From an uncultured Chloroflexia bacterium (lineage in GTDB: Bacteria > Chloroflexota > Anaerolineae > CG2-30-64-16), in the NCBI GenBank assembly GCA_963810095.1, contig CAWEMM010000001.1, positions 64,001 through 128,000 of the forward strand: a DNA stretch of 64,000 nucleotides. Reading direction: 5' to 3'. The notes under the pieces are model-generated. The model did not search any database and had not been told where the DNA came from. It worked only from the letters and a program-made list of their open reading frames with translations. Each line of letters starts with the position of its first letter. The first letter of the stretch is position 1. The position numbers and the translations under genes were made by a program. Of the stretch, positions 1-13,358 are shown piece after piece.

Positions 1-2
1 TC

Positions 3-629
3 GCGGCTGTGCTGCCCGTGGCGGAGCGCGGCCCCACGGAGCGCCTCTACGGCGTGCTCAAGCGGCTGACGGACCTGCTGATCGCCGCCGCACTCCTGAT
101 CCCACTGCTGCTGGTTCTCCCGCTCGTGGCATTGGTCAACTTCGCCGGCAACCGCGGGCCGCTCTTCTACCGCCAGACGCGGGTGGGTCAAGCCGGCAGA
201 CTGTTTAGGGTCTACAAGTTCCGCACCATGCGGCCGAACGCAGAGGCCGGGACCGGCGCTGTGTGGGCCGCCGACGCCGATCCGCGCATCACCCCCGTGG
301 GCCGGTTCCTGCGCAAAACCCGCATCGACGAGCTGCCGCAGGTGCTCAACGTGCTGGCTGGCGACATGAGCGCAATCGGCCCCCGGCCCGAGCGGCCCGA
401 GTTCGTGGAGCAACTGGCCCACGCCATCCCGTTCTACAAGGCCCGGCACGCCGTGCGGCCTGGCCTCACGGGCTGGGCACAGGTGCGCTTCGGCTACGGC
501 AGCACGGTGGAGCACGCTCGCACGAAATTGGAGTACGACCTGTATTACGTCCGTCACTCCGGGTTCTACCTCGACGCGCTCATCGCTCTCAAGACAGCAG
601 CCGTGATCTTCAAGCTGCAGGGCAAGTAG
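3..629 (+). CDS. Bacterial sugar transferase (priming glycosyltransferase, WcaJ/WbaP-type C-terminal domain); 5' end lies outside the window
   Basis: Motifs KRxxD, GPLFYRQxRVG, YKFRTM, DPRITPVGRFLRKTRIDELPQ, GDMSxIGPRPERP, RPGLTGWAQV, KLEYDLYY; frame is open to the left edge. Confidence 0.93.
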   Translation, partial: AAVLPVAERGPTERLYGVLKRLTDLLIAAALLIPLLLVLPLVALVNFAGNRGPLFYRQTRVGQAGRLFRVYKFRTMRPNAEAGTGAVWAADADPRITPVGRFLRKTRIDELPQVLNVLAGDMSAIGPRPERPEFVEQLAHAIPFYKARHAVRPGLTGWAQVRFGYGSTVEHARTKLEYDLYYVRHSGFYLDALIALKTAAVIFKLQGK

Positions 630-632
630 AGA

Positions 633-1911
633 CTGGCTGCCGAAATCCTCTTCCTGACACAGGTCCTGCCATACCCGCTCGATGCGGGTCCCAAGGTGCG
701 CGCCTACCACATGCTGCGGCGCCTTGCGGCAAAGTACGACGTTACGCTAGTATCCTTCATCCGCCCCGACGATGCGCCCGCAGCCATTGCTCACCTCGGC
801 CAGATATGCTGCGAGGTGCACACCGTGACGATCCGCCGCTCGGCCACCCGCAACGTACGGGCCGGGCTCAAGGGCTTGCTGACGGGGCTGCCAATGGTCG
901 TCGCGCGACGAGATGCACGAGATGTTCACGCTCTTGCGCGGCTTGATGCGCCGGCCGTACGCAGTCATTCATGCAGATCAACTGTCCATGGCCGGGTACG
1001 CTCGTTTCGCGGCGAGCTGCGCGCACGGAGCGGCAGGCCGGCCCGCGACGCTGCTGGACGAGCACAATGCGATCTACCTGCTCACCGAGCGCATGGCTGC
1101 CGAGGCGAAGCACCCCGCGGCCCGGGCACTCATGCGGCGCGAGGCACGGGCGTTCGCCCGGTACGAGCGCCGCATGTGCACCAGCTTTGATGCCCTGTTG
1201 ACGGTGACCCAGGAGGACCGGGACCGGCTGCTCGCCCTCGTAGAGCCCACGGAACGGGCTCGCCTTGCAGAGCGGATGACTGTGGTCCCGATCTGCGTCG
1301 ACCCCGGTGAGACGCCTCCCGTGGTCAGAACGGGAGGCGGTCCGCCGACGATCCTGCACCTTGGCACGATGTTCTGGCCCCCGAACGTCCAGGGCGTGCT
1401 GTGGTTCGACCGGGAGGTGCTCCCACGTGTCCGGCAGGTGCTGCCCGACGCGCGGTTCGTGGTGGTGGGCAAGCAACCGCCGCCCGAGGTACGAGCCCTG
1501 GGCAAAGATCCCCGGACGGATGTGACGGGCTATGTTGCTGAGGTGACGCCCACTCTTGCCGCCACGGATGTCTTCATCGTGCCGGTCCATTCCGGCGGGG
1601 GGATGCGCGTGAAAATCCTGGACGGCTGGCTGTGGGGGCTCCCGATCGTGTCGACCGAAGTCGGCGCGGAAGGGATCGACACGCGGCCGGGCGAGGACAT
1701 CCTGCTTGCGCCCGATGGTGATGCGGATGCGTTCGCGCACGCAGTTGTCCGCATATTGACCGATCAGGCACTCAATGCGAAACTAAGGCGCAACGGGCGA
1801 ATGGCCGTCGAAGCCCGCTACGGCTGGCAGTCGGTGTACAGCCGGGTGGACGCGGTTTATGCGCGGCTGCTGCATCCTTTTTCATCCACCAACACAGAAT
1901 CACCGTTATGA
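633..1911 (+). CDS. Glycosyltransferase family 4 (GT-B), frameshifted near 910
   Basis: N-terminal ILFLTQVLPYPLDAGPKVRAYH in the 696 frame joins ORF 913..1911 containing GTMFWPPNVQG and VPVHSGGGMRVKILD..GLPIVST; start codon uncertain. Confidence 0.85.
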
Positions 1912-4076
1912 CCGAACCGCAAACGCACTGTCCTTTCGTCGGCCTCGGCGCGGACCGCACCCTGCTCCGCAACGTGCCCGACGTCGCGCACCGCTGCTAC
2001 GCGCTCCAACCGCCCGGCTCGCCCGACGTGTATTACCAGAAGAACTTCTGCCTGGCGAGCAACCATACCCAGTGCCCCTTCTTCCAGGCGCCTCAAACCT
2101 TGCCCGAAATGAACCTGACGAACGGCACGCACGGCGGGTTCGAGATGACACCCGACCGGGCGCAGCCCGCCAAGATTCAACGCTGGCTGCCGCTCGTCGT
2201 GTGGGGCATCGTCGGCGCCCTGGCCTGTGTCGTGGCGTTCGTGTATCTGCGCGACGCCGCCGTCTTTGGCGCAAAGCCCACCCGGCAAGCCGCCACCGTC
2301 GCGACCACGGGTGCGGCCAGTGCGCAGGCCAGTGCACTCCGGGCCACCTTCACCATAGAAGCGCCGGCCGCGGTGCCAACTGCGGTTGTCGCCACCCCGG
2401 TTCGTTACAGCACCCCGACGCCGGAAGCGGGCGGACGCACCTTGACCCTCAGCGCGAAGAACGGCGAGGCCGGCTGGTGGACCGGAAACGAAGCACGCGG
2501 CAACCATCTGGGCGACTCGTTCCTATACTCGGGCTACACGGCCGACCAGTCGTTCATCTCGGCAGTGCGATTTGATCTCGCCGCCATCCCCCGCGGCGCG
2601 CCCATCCGGTCGGCCGAGCTGCGGCTGACAGGGCTGAAGGACGACCGCTTTGATCCTGCCGCGGGCGGGAACTGGAGCATCCAGGTCGTGCCCGGCGAAA
2701 GTCTGCCCGACTACGCTCGCAGTGATTTCCAGACGCTGCTCAACGTTCCCGGCGCTGTCACGCTTTTCCCGACGTTTTTCGCCGCTGACCTCGGCAAAGG
2801 CCGGGCAAACGTGGCTGCTTTTGACGACGCCGGCCGTGCCTGGCTCGAAAACCAGCTACGTGATGGAAAGACCAGCTTTGTCGCCCGTATCGTAGGCCCG
2901 GGCGGCGGAGATACCCTGTTCGGCTGGGACAGCGGGGCGGGCCCGGCGACGGGCGGCGAAGGCCCGCAACTGGTCCTGGCCCTGGGTCCCGCCCCGGCCA
3001 CTGCACCCCCCCTGCCGACCGAAGCGGTCATCGTGGCGACCGACACGCCGACCCCCGCGAATGTCCTCACCGCGGTCGTTCACGCGCTCGACGCGACCGC
3101 GGCCGCCGAGATTGGCACACCTGCTTATCGCTTCGTCTCGCCAACGCCGAGCCCCGCGAACATTGCCACCCTGCAGGCCCGCGCCCTGTTGGCAAACCTG
3201 CCCGCGATCGTGCCCGACACGCCGACCCCGGCCAACGAGGCGACCGCACAGATGCAACAGTTGGTGGCGACCGCAGAAGCGATCCTGACGGGCACGCCAA
3301 CGCCGCCACAAGCGGGTTTTGTGACGCCTATCGTCATCACGCCGACGCCCATGCCGGCCAACGTGATGACGGCGGCCGCACAATCCCTGACCGCGCCTGC
3401 CGCGCCGCTGGGGGGTACGCCGACACCTTGGCCCTTCAACATGATCGTCGCGACGCTCACCCCACCGGTGTTTGTTATCGTCGACACGCCCACCCCGGCC
3501 AACGAGGCAACGGCCACCATTCGTGCTGCCTACGCAACCGCCGTCACGATGCTCACGGGGACATTTACGCCGTTCCCGTACAATGCAGTCACGGCCACGC
3601 TGACACCAAGCCCCACTGCCACTGGCGTGCCCCCAACCGCAACGCTCACGCTGACCCCGACCGGAACCCCGACCGCAACGCCGCGCCCCGGGCGGGCCCC
3701 CCGACCCACCGCTACCCGCCGGGGCGGCAAGCCCACGGCCACACCCTCGATCCCGGCCAGCGCCTGCACCGATCCCCGCGTCCAGATCGCCGCCCCGAAG
3801 TCCGGCACGACAGCATCCAGGCAGCTCGAACTTCGAGGGCGGGCCGTCCACGAAGCGTTCGCAAGCTACGTGGTGGAGTTCGCGCGGGGTGCGCTGCCTG
3901 CGACCGGGTATGAAGAGGCGTTCCGCAGCGAGAGCCCGGTGGAGGATGGCGTGTTGGGCTCGTTCGTGATCACTGCGCTGCCCGACGGGGTCTACACCCT
4001 CTCGCTGCGCGTCGTGCCCTCCTCGGGTGAAGCGCCGCCGCCCTGCCGAGTCGTCATCCGGGTCCAGAATAAATGA
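1908..4076 (+). CDS. Single-pass membrane protein: N-terminal Cys/His motif, TM helix, DNRLRE-like beta domain, Thr/Pro-rich repeats, C-terminal Ig-like domain
   Basis: 722-aa ORF, ATGA overlap with the GT4 stop; CPF..HRC..CL..H..CP, WLPLVVWGIVGALACVVAFVYL, AVRFDLAAIPRGAPIRSAELRL, repeated TPTPAN. Confidence 0.75.
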   Translation: MTEPQTHCPFVGLGADRTLLRNVPDVAHRCYALQPPGSPDVYYQKNFCLASNHTQCPFFQAPQTLPEMNLTNGTHGGFEMTPDRAQPAKIQRWLPLVVWGIVGALACVVAFVYLRDAAVFGAKPTRQAATVATTGAASAQASALRATFTIEAPAAVPTAVVATPVRYSTPTPEAGGRTLTLSAKNGEAGWWTGNEARGNHLGDSFLYSGYTADQSFISAVRFDLAAIPRGAPIRSAELRLTGLKDDRFDPAAGGNWSIQVVPGESLPDYARSDFQTLLNVPGAVTLFPTFFAADLGKGRANVAAFDDAGRAWLENQLRDGKTSFVARIVGPGGGDTLFGWDSGAGPATGGEGPQLVLALGPAPATAPPLPTEAVIVATDTPTPANVLTAVVHALDATAAAEIGTPAYRFVSPTPSPANIATLQARALLANLPAIVPDTPTPANEATAQMQQLVATAEAILTGTPTPPQAGFVTPIVITPTPMPANVMTAAAQSLTAPAAPLGGTPTPWPFNMIVATLTPPVFVIVDTPTPANEATATIRAAYATAVTMLTGTFTPFPYNAVTATLTPSPTATGVPPTATLTLTPTGTPTATPRPGRAPRPTATRRGGKPTATPSIPASACTDPRVQIAAPKSGTTASRQLELRGRAVHEAFASYVVEFARGALPATGYEEAFRSESPVEDGVLGSFVITALPDGVYTLSLRVVPSSGEAPPPCRVVIRVQNK

Positions 4077-4687
4077 CCTCCTCCACCCGCTACCGCGTCC
4101 CCGCGGCCCGGGTGCGCGTGGAGGAGGTCATTTCGCGCTCGCGGTTTATCACGACCGCGGGGCCGGCCGCGGACATCGACGAAGCCAAGGCATTCATTGC
4201 GGGCATTCGGGCCGAGTTTACGGATGCGACCCACAACTGCTATGCCTTTGCGGCCGGACCGCCCGGCTCGACCGCCATGGCCGGGATGAGCGACGACGGC
4301 GAACCAGGGGGCACGGCGGGCCGGCCGATGCTCGCCGTGGTCCTGGGCAGCGGCGTTGGCGACCTCGTGGTCGTCGTGACACGCTACTACGGCGGCACCA
4401 AACTCGGCACCGGGGGTCTGGTGCGTGCCTACAGCGGCGGAGTGAAGGCGGTGCTCGAAGTGCTGCCCCTTCGTGAGAAGGTCAGCTACCGGACGCTGTT
4501 GGTCAGCGGACCGTACTCGTATGTCACGCCGCTCGAGCGCCTGCTGCCGGATTATGAGGCCACCGTGCAGGGCCGAGATTTCGCGGCGGACGTGACGTGG
4601 CAGCTCCAGGCGCCCGCAGAACAAATCGAGGGCCTTGCGGCGGCCCTCATCGAGATGAGCCGCGGCGAGCTCGAGATCGTGCTGTGA
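4073..4687 (+). CDS. yigZ: YigZ/IMPACT family protein
   Basis: SRFI, ATHNCYA, SDDGEPGGTAGRPML, VVTRYYGGTKLGTGGLVRAY. Confidence 0.93.
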   Translation: MTSSTRYRVPAARVRVEEVISRSRFITTAGPAADIDEAKAFIAGIRAEFTDATHNCYAFAAGPPGSTAMAGMSDDGEPGGTAGRPMLAVVLGSGVGDLVVVVTRYYGGTKLGTGGLVRAYSGGVKAVLEVLPLREKVSYRTLLVSGPYSYVTPLERLLPDYEATVQGRDFAADVTWQLQAPAEQIEGLAAALIEMSRGELEIVL

Positions 4688-4721
4688 GCCCCGCTGCAGC
4701 CGGTCTTCGCCAGGTCGTTTG

Positions 4722-4730
4722 TGCTATAAT
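4722..4730 (+). promoter_or_regulatory. Extended -10 promoter element (TGnTATAAT) upstream of the capA-like gene
   Basis: tgcTATAAT about 65 nt before the start; RBS GAGGAG follows. Confidence 0.55.
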
Positions 4731-4795
4731 GGCGCAATCCGCCACCGAATTCAGCGGCGGACTGCGATTGATCCGACAAGAGGAGTCTCGTTAGC

Positions 4796-6592
4796 GTGCG
4801 ACCACCGTTGATTCGCTGTGTCTTCATTGGCATTGTCATCGTACTGATCTCGGCCGGTTGCGCCAACCCCGGCGCAGCCCCCACCCGGGCAACGGTGGCC
4901 CCGATCGCAACCGCAACGTTCGAGCCTCTGCAGACCGTCACGGTGGACATGACGCCTGCCCTGGCCACCGGGTCCCCAGTCGTAGTTACCAGCGCAACCG
5001 AAGCGCCCGCAGGCCCCAGCCCTACCCCTGCGCTCAAGCCGGGACGCGGATTCCTGGGCGTGAGCGTTGCCGCGACTGCGCCGGCTGCAGCGGCGAACGG
5101 CGTGCTAGCCGGACTCAAGGGCGCCGGGATCAAGGCCGAGCAGGTGGTCGAAGCAGCCGACCTGGAACTCGTGGGCGCGTCGGCCGAGGGCGCTGCCCTC
5201 GTGTACGAGCGGGTTTTCACGCCTGTCGATCGCTTGTCGACAGTGCTCGACAGCATCGCCCTGACCGAGCTGCGGGGTGTCTGGACAGGCAGCGCCCAAA
5301 CGCCGAACTTCACGAACATCTACGTCAACCAGGACGACGTTCCCGAGCTGACGCTGCTGCTGGGGCAGCCCGGCGCCGCCGTTAGGCCCGTGCCGGGTCA
5401 GGGCGTGCAGGACGCCGTGTGGGGCGACAAGATGGGCCTGGGCCTGCTCCCCTTCGATGAGCTGAACGTCAAGACCCGCGCCATCAAGCTGGACGGACAG
5501 ACCCCGGTCGACAACCGCTTCAAGGCCGCGGAGTGGCCCCTCACAGCCCGCGCCTACGTGCTCCCCAAGACCAACGGCGGCCGCGACGCCCTTGCGAAAG
5601 CCAACATTGCGCCCGTCACGAACCGGGACGCGAGCAAGCTCACCGTGCTGATCATGACCGGCGTCACGGCCATGGCGCGCAATTCCGCGGTGGCAATCGA
5701 GAGGTCGGGCGACCCGGGCTTCCTGGCCGAACAGGTTGGGCCAGAGCTTGCCGCCGCGGATATCACGATCATCAGCAACGAGATCCCGTTCGTGCCGAAC
5801 TGCAAGGCGAACAACACGTTGAACAATCTGTTGTTGTGTTCGAAGCCCGAGTATTGGAAGAACCTGGAACTCTCCGGGGTCGATGCGATTGGGCTGACCG
5901 GCAACCACATGAACGACTTTGGCTACGACAATTTCAACTGGACGATTGACTTCTACCAGGAGAAGAAGATACCGCACTACGGCGGGGGGCACACGGACGA
6001 AGAGGCGCGCAAGCCGCTCATCCTGGAGCAGAACGGCAACAAGCTGGGCTTCATCGGCGCAAACAGCTGGGGACCAGAGTTCTACTGGAACGCAAACGGC
6101 GAGAAGGTGAGCGCGTGGGCCGGCCAGGACAACCCCGGCGCTGCGCGCTTCGAGCTGAAGCAGATGCAAGCGGACATCGCGGCGCTGAAACCGCAGGTCG
6201 ACCTGGTCTTCGGCGAGGTTCAGCATACTGAATTCAACGCGGCGGGCGACTACCAGACGGAACCGATCCCACAGCAAGAGACGGATTTTCGGGGTATGAT
6301 CGACGCGGGCGCGGAGGTGGTGACAGGGGTTATGGCCCATGCGCCGCAAGCGCTGGAGACCCGGGATGGCAAGCTGATCCTGTACGGACTGGGCAACCTG
6401 TATTTCGACCAGACGTGGAGCTGGCAGACGCGGACGGGACTGGTGCCGCGACATACCATTTACAAGGGCAAGCTCATCAACACGGAACTGCTCGTAACCG
6501 TGATTGACAAGAACTTCCAGCTTCGCTGGGCAACGCCCGACGAGCGGATACAAGTATTGAAGAGTGTGTTTGACGTGAGCCGGTGGAACTGA
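4796..6592 (+). CDS. CapA/PGA_cap-family metallophosphoesterase-fold lipoprotein
   Basis: Lipobox ISAGC; C-terminal domain with SNE, GNHMNDFG, GAEVVTGVMAHAPQ, YGLGNLYFDQ. Confidence 0.85.
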   Translation: MRPPLIRCVFIGIVIVLISAGCANPGAAPTRATVAPIATATFEPLQTVTVDMTPALATGSPVVVTSATEAPAGPSPTPALKPGRGFLGVSVAATAPAAAANGVLAGLKGAGIKAEQVVEAADLELVGASAEGAALVYERVFTPVDRLSTVLDSIALTELRGVWTGSAQTPNFTNIYVNQDDVPELTLLLGQPGAAVRPVPGQGVQDAVWGDKMGLGLLPFDELNVKTRAIKLDGQTPVDNRFKAAEWPLTARAYVLPKTNGGRDALAKANIAPVTNRDASKLTVLIMTGVTAMARNSAVAIERSGDPGFLAEQVGPELAAADITIISNEIPFVPNCKANNTLNNLLLCSKPEYWKNLELSGVDAIGLTGNHMNDFGYDNFNWTIDFYQEKKIPHYGGGHTDEEARKPLILEQNGNKLGFIGANSWGPEFYWNANGEKVSAWAGQDNPGAARFELKQMQADIAALKPQVDLVFGEVQHTEFNAAGDYQTEPIPQQETDFRGMIDAGAEVVTGVMAHAPQALETRDGKLILYGLGNLYFDQTWSWQTRTGLVPRHTIYKGKLINTELLVTVIDKNFQLRWATPDERIQVLKSVFDVSRWN

Positions 6593-6606
6593 CGTGGTTC
6601 TACCGC

Positions 6607-6692
6607 AACCACGAAGGACCGAAGACACAAACGGGCACTAAGGCCCTTCCGGAAAGCTTTGTGATCCTTCAGTTCTTTGGTCCCTCGTGGTT
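6607..6692 (+). repeat. Intergenic palindromic element, subfamily A (AACCACGAAG.../...CTCGTGGTT)
   Basis: Left arm aaccacgaaggaccgaaga matches the reverse complement of the right arm at 17/19; shares cgcaaccacgaagRaccgaagac with the 39607 element. Confidence 0.85.
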
Positions 6693-6716
6693 AGCAGGAC
6701 GTCTGCGGGAGTGCAA

Positions 6717-8480
6717 GTGCTGAAGCGATTTTTGACGACGAAAGAAGAGGATCTGCTCAAGGAAGAGCGGCGCCAGCTGACCCTCCTGCGCGCTCCCCTG
6801 AGCAGTCTCGATGCCAGCCAGGAAGACATGAGCGTTCTCGAGCGCTCGCTGCTCCAGCTGGACGAGTTGTTCTTGTTGGTCATCGTGGGCGAGTTCAACT
6901 CGGGCAAGACAGCCTTCATCAATGCGCTCCTCGGCGAGCGGTTCCTGACAGAAGGCGTCACCCCCACGACGGCGGCCATCCACATTATCCGCTACGGCGA
7001 CGAACCAAAGCTGCTGCCCGGCGCGGCCACGCCCTATGGCGTGGGCGACCGGGATGTCATCGCGGTCACTTACCCCGTGGAATGGCTGCGCGACATCAAC
7101 ATTGTCGATACGCCGGGCACCAATGCCATCATCCGCAAGCACGAAGAAATCACCTCTGAGTTCGTTCCGCGCGCCGACCTCATCCTCTTCGTCACGTCTG
7201 CCGACCGGCCCTTCACCGAGAGCGAGCGCCAGTTTATCACGCGCATTCGCGACTGGGGCAAGAAGGTAGTCTTCGTGGTGAACAAGATCGACATCCACGA
7301 GGAGGCGGACGTTGTGGATGTATTGGGCTTTGTGAAGGAGAACGCGCAGGCGCTGCTCGGACGCGAGCCGATCGTCTTCGGAGTGTCGAGCCGGCAGGCG
7401 CGGCAGGCGAAGAACTCGGCCGATGCGGACGAGCGCACCCGCCTCTGGGCGCAAAGCCGGTTCGAGAGCCTGGAGCGCTACATCCTCGAGACGCTGGACG
7501 AGCAGGAGCGGCTGCGGCTAAAGCTCGCGAATCCGCTCGGCGTGGCGCAGAAGCTGGTCGAGAAGTATCTTGGGGTGGCCGGGGCGCGCCGCGAACTGCT
7601 AAAGGACGACGTCCAGACCGTCCGGACGATCGAGGCGCAACTGGGTGCGTACGAAGGGGACATGCGCCGTGAGTTCAAGTACCACCTGAGCCACGTGGAC
7701 AACGTGCTCTACGGGATGGCGCAGCGCGGGGACAACTTCTTCGACGAGACGATCCGCATCCAGCGCATCCTCGACCTGATGAACGCGGACCGCATCCGGG
7801 GCATGTTCGAGCGCGAGGTCATCGCAGACACGCCGCTTCAAATTGAGACGCAGACGCGCGACCTGATCGATTGGCTGGTGGATCAGGATTACCGCCAGTG
7901 GCAGGCCGTCACGGACTACCTCAATAAGCGAATCGCGCGGCATGAGGCCGAGATCGTCGGCCAACTCGGCCCGTTCGAGATCAACCGCCAGCAGCTGATC
8001 GAGTCGGTGGGGCGGACCGCCCGGGAGGTCGTCTCGACCTACGACCATGAGGCCGAAGCGCGCGAGTTGGGGGATTCAGTGCAACGGGCAGTGGCCCAGA
8101 CGGCCTTGGTCGAAGTGGGCGCGGTGGGGCTCGGTGCGCTTCTGGTCAAGGTGCTGGCCCTGACCGTGGCCGACATCACCGGCATACTGGCGGCCGGCGC
8201 CATCGCCGCGTTCGGCTTCTACATCATCCCCAACAAGCGGCGGCGCGCAAAGCTCGACCTGCAAGACAAGATCAACGACCTGCGCCGGCGGCTGGGCGAC
8301 GCGCTGACCGGGCAGTTCGAGAGTGAGCTGACGCGCTCGCTGACGAATATCCGGTCGGCAATGCGGCCGTACACCCGGTTCGTGGAGACGCAGCAGGTGT
8401 CGCTGGCCGACACCGAGCAGGCACTGCAGGCGGCGCAGGCCAGCTTGCAGACCCTCGCGACGCGGGTGGGTGACCTGTAG
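6717..8480 (+). CDS. Bacterial dynamin-like GTPase
   Basis: G1 GEFNSGKT, G2 PTT, G3 DTPG, G4 NKID, long helical region, C-terminal hydrophobic segment. Confidence 0.9.
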   Translation: MLKRFLTTKEEDLLKEERRQLTLLRAPLSSLDASQEDMSVLERSLLQLDELFLLVIVGEFNSGKTAFINALLGERFLTEGVTPTTAAIHIIRYGDEPKLLPGAATPYGVGDRDVIAVTYPVEWLRDINIVDTPGTNAIIRKHEEITSEFVPRADLILFVTSADRPFTESERQFITRIRDWGKKVVFVVNKIDIHEEADVVDVLGFVKENAQALLGREPIVFGVSSRQARQAKNSADADERTRLWAQSRFESLERYILETLDEQERLRLKLANPLGVAQKLVEKYLGVAGARRELLKDDVQTVRTIEAQLGAYEGDMRREFKYHLSHVDNVLYGMAQRGDNFFDETIRIQRILDLMNADRIRGMFEREVIADTPLQIETQTRDLIDWLVDQDYRQWQAVTDYLNKRIARHEAEIVGQLGPFEINRQQLIESVGRTAREVVSTYDHEAEARELGDSVQRAVAQTALVEVGAVGLGALLVKVLALTVADITGILAAGAIAAFGFYIIPNKRRRAKLDLQDKINDLRRRLGDALTGQFESELTRSLTNIRSAMRPYTRFVETQQVSLADTEQALQAAQASLQTLATRVGDL

Positions 8481-8510
8481 GCACAAAGCCGGATTCTCGG
8501 GGCCGCTGCG

Positions 8511-9011
8511 ATGACTTTCACGCTCAGGCTGTTGGCCGATGCCGATATCCCTGCGCTACAGCGCCTCTACGACCGCGCGCCTGAACTGTTCGTCAGGCTG
8601 CTCGGCGCGCCCGCGGCGCCCGACCAGGCGATCCGGGATTTTCTGGACGCGCTGAAGTCGCCGGGCCGTTTTCAATTCGCGATCGAGTTTCGCGCCGAGC
8701 TCGTGGGAATGGCAGACTGCAAGCTGGACGACGAGGAAGAGGGCGTGGCGCACATCGGAATGGTGCTTCTCGACGAGCCGTATCGCGATCCTGACATCCT
8801 CGCGTTGGTGGTCCGCGTGCTCGAGCGCTGGCTCGTAACCGAGTACGGCGTGCGGCGGATTGAGGTGGGTGCGCCGGCGAGCGCGGCCGCGGAGATCGCG
8901 TTCTGGCAAGGCCAGGGCTACGAGTTCACGGGCAACCAGTACCGACGCGAGCTGCCCGGCCGCGCGCCGCGGTTTTTGAGCATGGCGAAGGAAATCAAGC
9001 CGCCGGCCTAG
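8511..9011 (+). CDS. GNAT-family acetyltransferase
   Basis: LRxLxxADIPALQRLY, AHIGMVLL, AFWQGQGY (FWxxxGF-like C-terminal motif); the acetyl-CoA motif A is degenerate. Confidence 0.65.
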   Translation: MTFTLRLLADADIPALQRLYDRAPELFVRLLGAPAAPDQAIRDFLDALKSPGRFQFAIEFRAELVGMADCKLDDEEEGVAHIGMVLLDEPYRDPDILALVVRVLERWLVTEYGVRRIEVGAPASAAAEIAFWQGQGYEFTGNQYRRELPGRAPRFLSMAKEIKPPA

Positions 9012-9037
9012 TCAACCACGTTCGAGTGACAACTGCG

Positions 9038-9078
9038 AAGGATGTGAGCAGGGGGCCCTGCTCGCATCCTTTCTTTTT
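9038..9078 (+). terminator. Rho-independent terminator after the GNAT gene
   Basis: aaggatgtgagcagg...cctgctcgcatcctt stem followed by tcttttt. Confidence 0.8.
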
Positions 9079-9372
9079 GCGCCGGACCCCTGCCCGGCGT
9101 CCCAGCCCAAACTAGCCCCGACATGGGGTTGCGTAAGCACACACGTGCGAGCTAAGCTTGTAGCGCGGCTTTCCCACTTTGCGAGTCGTTCAGTCGCTCA
9201 TGTTCTCCCTCCTGAGAAGTCGATCCGCGGAACGCAAAAAAGGCCGGCAGGTGTCGTTCAAGCGGCGACCGGGTTCGAAAGATCGGGCCAGTGCGCATCC
9301 TCTCGATTTGACGTCCTGTGGTAAAATGAAAGTTCGTGGCACGCGCTCGGCCGCTGCGTGGCAGCACTCGGA

Positions 9373-9415
9373 TTGCGCGTCGCGAACGCTCGTGCTACAA
9401 TAGTACGTCCGTTCG
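9373..9415 (+). promoter_or_regulatory. uvrA sigma70 promoter with two candidate LexA (SOS) boxes
   Basis: TTGCGC-17bp-TACAAT with TG extension; GAAC-gctc-GTGC at 9384-9395 and GTAC-gtcc-GTTC at 9403-9414 resemble the GAAC-N4-GTTC-type box. Confidence 0.75.
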
Positions 9416-9441
9416 CTTCTCCATGGAGGAATAGGGGTCAT

Positions 9442-12605
<3,164 letters not shown>

Positions 12606-12609
<4 letters not shown>

Positions 12610-13349
12610 GCGCAGTGCCGGCCCTCACGCCGGCGCCGGAACTCCGCACGTATGCGGATAAGGTCCGGACCATTGCGTCCCACATCCGCACGGTGGCCGC
12701 GTGCGCCGGCCCGGTCAGCATTCTTGAGGCGGGCTGTGGGACGCGGTGGGATATCAGGCTGGGCGGGGTCGACTACACGCTGACAGGCGTGGACAGCGAC
12801 GAAGCCGCGCTGAACTTGCGACTCAACGAGCAGCATGACATCGATAAGGCGGTGCTTGCCGACCTGCGCACGGTTGACTTTCCGCCCGAGAGCTACCACG
12901 TCGTGTACTGCAGCGACGTGATCGAGCACATCGCGGGCGCGGAGACGGTGCTGGCGAGGTTTGCGCACTGGTTGAAGCCGGGCGGCATCATGATTCTCGG
13001 CTTCCCCAATCGCGACTCATCCTACGGCTTCCTGACCCGGATCACGCCGCACCGGGCGCACATCGTCTACAAGAAGTATGTCCAGGGCGACAAGACTGCG
13101 GGCCAGCCCGGCAGGAGCCCGTTTCCCACTGCATTCGATACGGTCGTGTCGCGGAGGGGTATGCGAGCCTTTGCGCAACGCCAAGGCCTGGCCATTAAGG
13201 CGGAGTACCGGCGGGATCATGCCCTGGTGCGTAACCGCTGGCTGTGGCGGCTGATCCAGGGGGTGCTGTGGCTGGTGCACGTGACATCCGGCGGCCGGCT
13301 GACGCTCGACCATCGAGCGCTTCTGTACGTAATCGAGAAACCCGGTTGA
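12606..13349 (+). CDS. Class I SAM-dependent methyltransferase
   Basis: ILEAGCG motif I, DVIEHI, LKPGG; ATGA overlap with the uvrA stop. Confidence 0.88.
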
Positions 13350-13358
13350 GATAAGGCG

